Positions 57,346-64,000 of a stretch of 64,000 nt of DNA are shown piece by piece. The notes beneath the pieces were generated by a model. The model saw nothing but the letters and a program-made list of their open reading frames with translations, was not told the origin of the DNA and made no database searches. The DNA is from Nitrososphaeraceae archaeon (GTDB lineage Archaea; Thermoproteota; Nitrososphaeria; Nitrososphaerales; Nitrososphaeraceae), in the NCBI GenBank assembly GCA_044870745.1, contig JBIOZE010000131.1, forward strand, positions 430 through 64,429, read 5' to 3'. Each line of letters begins with the position of its first letter. Within the stretch, counting starts at the first letter, position 1. The position numbers and the translations under genes were made by a program.

Positions 57346-58572
57346 TTATCTAATCATTGCCGACACAGTCTGAATATCTGGCTTCACTACGTTTAATTTT
57401 GGAAGTGCACCTATTATCGCTTCCGTACTCTTTAATCCGTTACCTGTAATATAGCATACTACCTTTTCATCTCTTTGAATAAGTCCTTTTTCCACTAACT
57501 TCTTGAGCACTGCGACTGACACGCCTCCTGCTGGCTCTGTAAAGATCCCCTCAGTCTTGGCAAGCATCAAAATACCATCAATTATTTCCCCGTCCGTCGC
57601 CTCTTCAGCCAAACCTTTGTACTGCTTGAGTCTTCTCAAAACATACATACCATCTCCTGGGTCACCTATTGCCAAGCTTTTTGCTATAGTCTCAGGTCTT
57701 TCGACAGGCATAATATTCGAATCATTTTTCTTAAAAGCGTTAACTATTGGAGCACATCCGTGGGGCTGTGCAGCCGTAATGCGCAAATTGGATATATCTT
57801 TTAGCAGACCAATTTGTTGTAGTTCCTCAAATCCCTTACAAATAGCGTTCAACATAGCTCCGCTTCCTACTGGGATTATTAAATGATCAGGGACTTGCCA
57901 GTTCAATTGTTCTGCCACCTCATAAGCTAGAGTCTTTGAACCTTCTACATAGTATGGTCTCATATTGATATTTACTACCCCAATGCCTTTGGAATCTCCA
58001 ATTATTGAAGCTACCCTGTTTGCGTCATCATAAGTCCCTTGCACTGCGACGAATTCAGCACCGTAGGATAGAGCTTGTGCTATCTTGGCATTCTCTATAT
58101 CAGAAGGAGCAAAAATATAACAAGGTAGTTGACCCTTAGCAGCATGAGCTGCAGTTGCAGAAGCCAAGTTACCAGTGGACGCACACCCAACGGCCTTCAG
58201 TCTTGTTTCTTTAGCCCTAGAAACAGCAACGCCAGCTGGTCTATCCTTAAAAGAAAATGTTGGATTGACCGAATCGTTCTTAATGAATAGACTCTTCAAT
58301 CCGCCGATCTTGTCCCCAAGTTCATCTGCCTTTTGTAAAGGAGTGAAACCTGCATGAAGATTGATAATATTACTCCTGTTAGAGATGGGCAAGAGCTCGA
58401 AATAGCGCCAATACGTCTTCTCTTGTCTAGATGATAGAGTTGTTTTATTGAAATCAATTGGAAAATCATATTCGACATCTAGCGGTCCAAAACATTCTTC
58501 GCATATATACTTGAATTGCGGCTCGTAGCAAGCAGCACATTCCCTACACTTTAGCGATTTTATTACTCCCAT
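57346..58572 (-). CDS. thrC: Threonine synthase-like PLP enzyme
   Basis: SFKDRPA PLP-Lys, CASTGNLA, NMRPYYVEGSKT, FTEPAGG, TGNGLK, N-terminal CxxC pair. Confidence 0.88.
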   Translation of the reverse strand: MGVIKSLKCRECAACYEPQFKYICEECFGPLDVEYDFPIDFNKTTLSSRQEKTYWRYFELLPISNRSNIINLHAGFTPLQKADELGDKIGGLKSLFIKNDSVNPTFSFKDRPAGVAVSRAKETRLKAVGCASTGNLASATAAHAAKGQLPCYIFAPSDIENAKIAQALSYGAEFVAVQGTYDDANRVASIIGDSKGIGVVNINMRPYYVEGSKTLAYEVAEQLNWQVPDHLIIPVGSGAMLNAICKGFEELQQIGLLKDISNLRITAAQPHGCAPIVNAFKKNDSNIMPVERPETIAKSLAIGDPGDGMYVLRRLKQYKGLAEEATDGEIIDGILMLAKTEGIFTEPAGGVSVAVLKKLVEKGLIQRDEKVVCYITGNGLKSTEAIIGALPKLNVVKPDIQTVSAMIR

Positions 58573-58622
58573 AATTTACAAGCAGCAGTCACTCACCCTA
58601 CTAGATAAGACTCACTAATAGG

Positions 58623-58643
58623 AAGTTAAGTAATACTTAACTT
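58623..58643. promoter_or_regulatory. Perfect 21-bp palindrome overlapping the thrC promoter region
   Basis: AAGTTAAGTA-A-TACTTAACTT, 50 nt upstream of ATG 58572. Confidence 0.65.
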
Positions 58644-58751
58644 TTAGTGGTTAGAAAATTTATGATACTAAATAATAAATGTATGGTAAAAATATTACAT
58701 TAGACTACGAGATTAAAATTATTTAATAATTCGATTTCGAATCATGAAATA

Positions 58752-59090
58752 TTATATCACCAACTTGTTATGAAAGCATGATCGCTCTCCCGTATGACAA
58801 GCTGGCCTTGTGGAGTCAACAAGATAAACCAATGCGTCTGAATCACAATCTACGAGAATCTCCTTGACCGGCTGCACGTTTCCTGATTCCTCTCCTTTCA
58901 TCCACAGTCTGTCGCCTGATGTCCTCCAAAACCATGCGTTACCTGTTTCCATAGTATGCTGAACTGCATCTTTATTTGCATAAGCAAGCATCAAAACATC
59001 TTTTGTCTTTATGTCCTGGACTATTACGGGAATAACTCCTTTGCGCTTCACAAAATCTAGTTCAGTTGATGACTTGGTTCGATTTTTCAT
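58752..59090 (-). CDS. hisI: Phosphoribosyl-AMP cyclohydrolase
   Basis: VLMLAYAN, LWMKGEESGN, VDCDSDAL, ACHTGERSCF. Confidence 0.96.
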   Translation of the reverse strand: MKNRTKSSTELDFVKRKGVIPVIVQDIKTKDVLMLAYANKDAVQHTMETGNAWFWRTSGDRLWMKGEESGNVQPVKEILVDCDSDALVYLVDSTRPACHTGERSCFHNKLVI

Positions 59091-59211
59091 CCACGTTGCA
59101 TTTAATGTCTAATTGACATAATTATAATGTTTATACAATATACGAGAACGTTGCATAATAGGCATAAATAAGGATAGTTTGATATTAGATTAAATCGAGT
59201 GGAACATTGGA

Positions 59212-59679
59212 ATGGCAATTGAATATAATCATGAGAGATTCTATGGAATCGTAGTAGTAGTTTTATTGATCGCTGGTTCATTAATCATTCTAGGAATCCA
59301 ACTATCTGCTTTTGCTCAGCAAGGCCAAGGGGTCGTTATCAAACTTAATTCTGCATATTTTAGCTCTCCATCTGGAAACGGGAATCATCAAGTCAAAGTT
59401 GTTACAGATTACACAATATCAAATACGTCATTGGTAGGACAAAAGATAAATGCCGTTATGAAAGTGTACTCTCAAAACGGAACATTGTTAAAAACTACTT
59501 CGTATCCTGATGGATTTATTCTCAACAATACAGGATCCAGACAACTCCTAACAAACATCCAAAATTCTACTATAAATAATATTACAGCAGTAGCTACATT
59601 TACGAATTTCGCAAAGACAGTGGCTTTATCGAATGCCCTTGAGGTCCCCCTCAATTTGGGTCAATCTAGAACTGGATAA
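59212..59679 (+). CDS. Hypothetical secreted beta-rich protein
   Basis: Signal peptide ending SAFA-Q, N/T-rich beta-strand pattern. Confidence 0.75.
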   Translation: MAIEYNHERFYGIVVVVLLIAGSLIILGIQLSAFAQQGQGVVIKLNSAYFSSPSGNGNHQVKVVTDYTISNTSLVGQKINAVMKVYSQNGTLLKTTSYPDGFILNNTGSRQLLTNIQNSTINNITAVATFTNFAKTVALSNALEVPLNLGQSRTG

Positions 59680-59766
59680 TTGGAATAACTACAAGGTGGC
59701 TTGTAGTTATCTGGTCTTACAGTAAATGCATTTTCCTCTAGTTTAATACTTTTGATTTGGCCGCCG

Positions 59767-59901
59767 CTAATAGTGCAAGCGTGAAAACTCTATGTATAGG
59801 CTTTCACTTTCACTAAGAATCGTTTCTTTATGACATTGCTCACAAAGCATGTACTTTTCGGATTTTAGTTCCATCCTACAAATTCTGCAGTGGCGCTTCA
59901 C
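59767..59901 (-). CDS. C4 Zn-finger microprotein (44 aa)
   Basis: GTG 59901 is 23 nt after CTTAAAAG. MKRHCRICRMELKSEKYMLCEQCHK... Confidence 0.6.
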   Translation of the reverse strand: MKRHCRICRMELKSEKYMLCEQCHKETILSESESLYIEFSRLHY

Positions 59902-60256
59902 ATCCTTTGATTGGACAAAAGCCCCTTTTAAGAATTTGTGAGATATCCAATGACTTTGGAGTGCACCAGAAAACAATACTGAAAGGACAATTTTCCAAAC
60001 CTTCCCAATAATCTAAAAGAAATCCTAGTGTGAAGATGAGGCTTGTGAATAGCACAAATAGTAATGATGAAATCTTAGAGAACTAATCTTAGATTAATTG
60101 TATAAGTTAAAGTGCTTGTGCTCACTAAAAAAACTAACTAAAATAAGTAGCAACGTGTTTTAATAGCCGATTAAGAAGAACAATCTTGTGCAAATAACTA
60201 GCAAGACTAGAAGCAATAGATGTTTTAATGAAATTACATACAATTTTAAAACCAAG

Positions 60257-60394
60257 ATGTTCGAGGATAAAGATACCTCTTACAGGAGCTACAGTCAGGC
60301 GAGTCTAAGCCGATGGAAATGTGACAAATGTAGCAGTATGTTTGCTACATTTAAGGATCTCAAGAATCATAAGACCGATTCCCATTCATATTAG
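60257..60394 (+). CDS. Classical C2H2 zinc-finger microprotein (45 aa)
   Basis: W-K-C-DK-C-SSM-F-ATFKD-L-KN-H-KTDS-H. ATG 60257 about 28 nt after TTTTAAT. Confidence 0.75.
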   Translation: MFEDKDTSYRSYSQASLSRWKCDKCSSMFATFKDLKNHKTDSHSY

Positions 60395-60588
60395 ATAAAG
60401 TAGCTAACTTATTACTTTTATTTTTAGTTTCAAATAGATACCTTACTTTCAATGTTACTAGCTTGCGAAAGCTAGAGACAGAATTAAGCTAATACAGTAT
60501 TAGGGCCAGAAAAATTAGAATCAATCAAAGACTATGATCTTAGCTGTACAGATATTCACTTTGAACTTGATATTAGTAATCTGAGAAA

Positions 60589-62400
60589 TTAATTTGCTTC
60601 AGCCTCTTTTAGCTCCGTCATCTTCCTATTTATGAAATCAAAACCATGCTGCCAAAATGAATCCTTAGTAATATCCATTCCAATACCTTTTAGCAATTCT
60701 TCAGGTTTTTGTGAACCGCCTGCACTTAGTAATTGAAGATATTTCGGAACGAATGATTTACCTTCTTCAATATATTGTTGGTAAAGTGATAGCACAAGTA
60801 GGTTTCCAAACGAGTAGGCATAGCAGTAAAAGGGCGTGTGATAAAAATGTGGAATATAAAGCCATTCCCATTTGAAATCTGGAGACACTATAACCGAAGT
60901 TCCAAATTGATCGGTGACATTGTCCAAATATCTTTCTGCTACCTTGTCAATTGTTTCATTCTCTTTGACAATTGCATCATGAGCTGCGATCTCGAATAAA
61001 GTAAAGTAACCTTGTCTCATGATAGTGGCATACATATCATCGACCTGTTCTGCCAGCAGTATGCGCCTCTCTTGTCTTGAGAGTTTCGTTAAGAGAGTGT
61101 CTGTAAGAAGCATCTCGGCAAATACTGATGCAGTCTCTGCTAATGGGAGTGGTGCGTGGGATACAAGGATGGATTTATCTGAGGCAGCCATGCTGTGAAT
61201 CGCATGTCCAAACTCATGTGCCATGGTTGAAACGTCCCTTGTTTTAGAATCGTAATTTAAAAGCACATATGGTGTTCTTTTTGGTGAAATGGTATAACAA
61301 AATGCTCCACTCAGTTTACCTTTCCGAATTTTTGAATCTACGTGATCTTCTAAAAAGAGTCTGCGTGCAAATTCAAAAAACCTAGGATCAAATTTCCTGA
61401 ATGTTTCCAGAACTAATTCTGCTGCCTTGCTATACCGATATTTTCTTATGCTTGACGCTTTCTTTGAAATCGGTGCGTAAAGATCATATCTTCTTAGATT
61501 CTTTACACCTAGAATCTTTGCCTTCTCTACAAAAAATTCCTGAAATATACCTGAATTTTTTTTGCACATCTTAAGGAGTGTGTCAACAGTGGTATCATCT
61601 ATATTATTATACAGGTTCCTCACTGATATCGGGGAGTTGAACCCTCTAATTGATAAGTTCTCATCGTGCCATCCTAATACTACGTTACTATAAATCTCGC
61701 CTAGTATGCCTGCATTCTTCTCATACACTTTCCATAAGGCCTTGTATGCGTTCTCTCTTTCCTTTGGAAGATGACTTCTTACCATAGACAGGAGCTTTTC
61801 CTTATTGAGGATTTTTTTCATTGCAGTCTTTTTTCTCTCCTTCATTGGAATTGCAAACTCGAAACCGGTTGTCATACGGTCATAGATCTTTACTAATGCG
61901 CTCGTTCCACTCACCTCAAGTGTACTAATTATTTTTTCCTCAGATTCGGCCAGAGAATACTTGGCAGCCAACCTTTTGTGCTTAAGATATTCTTTGTAAT
62001 CAAACGGAACCTCCGCAATCAACCTTTCAGCGTTTATTTGATCTAACTCTTGCTTGAACCATAGATCAAAAAATACTGTTCTGTTTTCAATTTCAGAACC
62101 AAATTTTTCTATCCTAGTAACGAAGGCAGAGGAATCATTAGACATAGTATTGGCATAATATTGCAAGTTTGCAAAACCTCCTAAGATGGTAAGCTTTTCC
62201 GATATCTCTTCAATAATATGCAGCATGCCCAAAAAGTCTTCAATAGCAATATCGTTTCTGAGGAGGCTCCTCATATTTTCAAGAGAAACTACTTTTGATT
62301 TAATGTCAGAAATAAGCTCTACAACTTGCTTGGCGGTGGAACTTGGGACTAGATCTGTTAGGTTCCATTTTCCAATCTTTAGCGTTTGATAATTGAACAT
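60589..62400 (-). CDS. pepF: M3-family oligoendopeptidase F
   Basis: GKLSGAFC, PYVLLNY, HEFGH zinc motif, AETASVFAE, IPHFYHTPFYCYAY. Confidence 0.95.
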   Translation of the reverse strand: MFNYQTLKIGKWNLTDLVPSSTAKQVVELISDIKSKVVSLENMRSLLRNDIAIEDFLGMLHIIEEISEKLTILGGFANLQYYANTMSNDSSAFVTRIEKFGSEIENRTVFFDLWFKQELDQINAERLIAEVPFDYKEYLKHKRLAAKYSLAESEEKIISTLEVSGTSALVKIYDRMTTGFEFAIPMKERKKTAMKKILNKEKLLSMVRSHLPKERENAYKALWKVYEKNAGILGEIYSNVVLGWHDENLSIRGFNSPISVRNLYNNIDDTTVDTLLKMCKKNSGIFQEFFVEKAKILGVKNLRRYDLYAPISKKASSIRKYRYSKAAELVLETFRKFDPRFFEFARRLFLEDHVDSKIRKGKLSGAFCYTISPKRTPYVLLNYDSKTRDVSTMAHEFGHAIHSMAASDKSILVSHAPLPLAETASVFAEMLLTDTLLTKLSRQERRILLAEQVDDMYATIMRQGYFTLFEIAAHDAIVKENETIDKVAERYLDNVTDQFGTSVIVSPDFKWEWLYIPHFYHTPFYCYAYSFGNLLVLSLYQQYIEEGKSFVPKYLQLLSAGGSQKPEELLKGIGMDITKDSFWQHGFDFINRKMTELKEAEAN

Positions 62401-62913
62401 ATCTATTTTTACTGCTCTTGCCTAGCTTGTTACTTAAGTATTTCGCATTTATGCTGCTCGCATGTTCGGTTTCTGATCTCAAATTTGTTTACTCCATTGC
62501 GAATAACAAGCAGTTTGACTTAGGAAGACTTGATTTGGACCGTCTATTGCAGCAGAACATTAGGGAGTCCAATGCGATTTCGTACCAGACTTTCTGAAAT
62601 GGGCTTATATGAGCACAAGTCGGGTTTTCATCTGTCAAAAAATATTGAGGTATGGGTCTAATACAACTTCAGCTATGATTATATACGAGCTTAACCCATT
62701 ATTTGATCCCTAATTAGGGTTTCAGCATGGAACGTTATGGAATAGGCGAACAATATCCCTTTTCCAAATAGGAATTTCCTATGGAAAGGTGTGCAGATGC
62801 CTTCCTATTCTATGTTGATTTCGAACTGAGTTGATTTCTATATTTCGTGTGTTCGTGACTAACTTAGTAAGTCGATAGTATAGTATTTTTAATGCGAAAA
62901 TTATCATTCACCT

Positions 62914-63987
62914 GTGGATAAAGCCCATAGCTTTACAGGAAAAAGGATAGACCCACCAATCATTTCACCTGATATGTCTATCTCTGATATGATCGAGTTC
63001 TTTGGTAATACAGGATATAATGCACGCCGGTTAGCAGAAGCTGCAGAAACCATGAAGGAAATGATTGAAAATGATACGACAATCTGTTTAACATTGGCTG
63101 GCGCAATGACCCCTATTGGCTTGGGAAGGTCAATATCTACAATGATCGAATATGGTTTTCTAGATTGGATCGTTACTACTGGTGCAAATGTGTATCATGA
63201 TCTTCATTTCGCGTATGATCTCCCTGTCAGACAAGGACATTTTCAAGTCGATGATGACATTTTGTATTCCAAACAAATTGTACGGATTTATGATACTTAT
63301 ATCAAGGAAGTAGGGACACTTCAGGCTCAAGATATCATAGTGCAAAAACATCTTGAAAATCAACAAATAGATTTGCCAGCTAATGCTTCTACTGCTGACA
63401 TTTCTTATGTATTGGGTAAGGCAGCATTAGAAAAGGCACCTTTTCCGGAAAAATCTTTTTTGGTGGCTGCTTACAGGCATAAAGTACCTGTGTATATGCC
63501 TGCAATAGCTGACTCTTCCATAGGATTAAACATGCTGCCATTACTTCTGAAAAATAAAATGAATCATTTACCAAATGTCATTCTTGATGTTGCTGAATCT
63601 GCTGCAATTCTTTGGAAGAGCAAGAAATCAGGCGGATTAGAGTTAGGCGGCGGAGTTCCCAAGAACTTCTTCCAACAGACAGGGCCTGCGCTTTATCAAA
63701 TTCTAAAAATGAAGGAAGGAGGTCAAGACTACATCATTCAGATTACTGATGCTCGATCAGATACAGGTGGTTTGTCTGGAGCGACTCTTCAGGAAGGTAA
63801 AAGCTGGGGCAAAATTAGAACATCTCATAAGGGGAACGTTATAGTTTACGGCGATTCTTCTGTTTATTTCCCGATTCTATGCTCCTTTGCACTGTCAGAG
63901 TGTGATAAGAAACCTAAAAAACAAATCTATGAATTAAAAAATAGTTGGTTTGAAGAAATGAGGAGTGTTTACCACAAAGGTAAGTAG
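62914..63987 (+). CDS. dhs: Deoxyhypusine synthase-family protein
   Basis: LAGAMTP, TTGANVYHD, PAIADSSIG, GGGVPKNF, GGLSGAT, catalytic Lys in SWGKI. GTG start. Confidence 0.88.
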   Translation: MDKAHSFTGKRIDPPIISPDMSISDMIEFFGNTGYNARRLAEAAETMKEMIENDTTICLTLAGAMTPIGLGRSISTMIEYGFLDWIVTTGANVYHDLHFAYDLPVRQGHFQVDDDILYSKQIVRIYDTYIKEVGTLQAQDIIVQKHLENQQIDLPANASTADISYVLGKAALEKAPFPEKSFLVAAYRHKVPVYMPAIADSSIGLNMLPLLLKNKMNHLPNVILDVAESAAILWKSKKSGGLELGGGVPKNFFQQTGPALYQILKMKEGGQDYIIQITDARSDTGGLSGATLQEGKSWGKIRTSHKGNVIVYGDSSVYFPILCSFALSECDKKPKKQIYELKNSWFEEMRSVYHKGK

Positions 63988-64000
63988 GACTAGTCTTTCA

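Noticed and set aside
58585-58615. Minus-strand CTTATCTAGTAGGGTGAGTGACTG upstream of thrC resembles the 5' end of a SAM-I riboswitch
   Set aside because: Only about 15 nt remain before the ATG, leaving no room for P3/P4 or the 3' strand of P1. GGGTGAG is better explained as a ribosome-binding site.
60063-60120. ATGATGA box C-like motif in an intergenic region (possible C/D sRNA)
   Set aside because: No CTGA box D at a suitable distance. The same holds for minus-strand candidates near 47870 and 52365.
1-64000. CRISPR arrays, IS elements, integrases, rRNA
   Set aside because: No regularly spaced repeats, transposase or recombinase motifs, terminal inverted repeats with target duplications, or long GC-rich structured stretches seen by eye.

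Overview
Gene-dense, AT-rich archaeal chromosome segment. Gene content points to an ammonia-oxidising thaumarchaeon of the Nitrososphaerales type (inference): A-type ATP synthase, aIF-6, archaeosine TGT, ESCRT-III/CdvB, thiolase plus DUF35, B12-dependent RNR, cobalamin methyltransferases, and TATA boxes 22-30 nt before TTG/GTG/ATG starts. Most of the window is housekeeping. Accessory patches lie at about 22.8-28.7 kb (small proteins and a decayed glycosyltransferase) and about 45-53 kb (secreted or surface proteins and Zn-binding microproteins). I found no rRNA, tRNA, CRISPR array, transposase, integrase or intein. Best leads: (1) a wHTH + ATP-cone + catalytically dead class III RNR fold protein directly upstream of nrdJ, a candidate nucleotide-sensing regulator; (2) an EMC6/OPTI (Rab5ip)-like 3-TM protein divergent from the Rqc2/NFACT gene; (3) atpB apparently starting at CTG; (4) an untracked 44-aa helical ORF in the atp operon; (5) a ThrC-like PLP enzyme followed by a ubiquitin-like/E1 fusion behind a perfect 21-bp palindrome; (6) untracked zinc-knuckle and C2H2 microproteins. 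All family calls come from motif recognition by eye, with no searches run.
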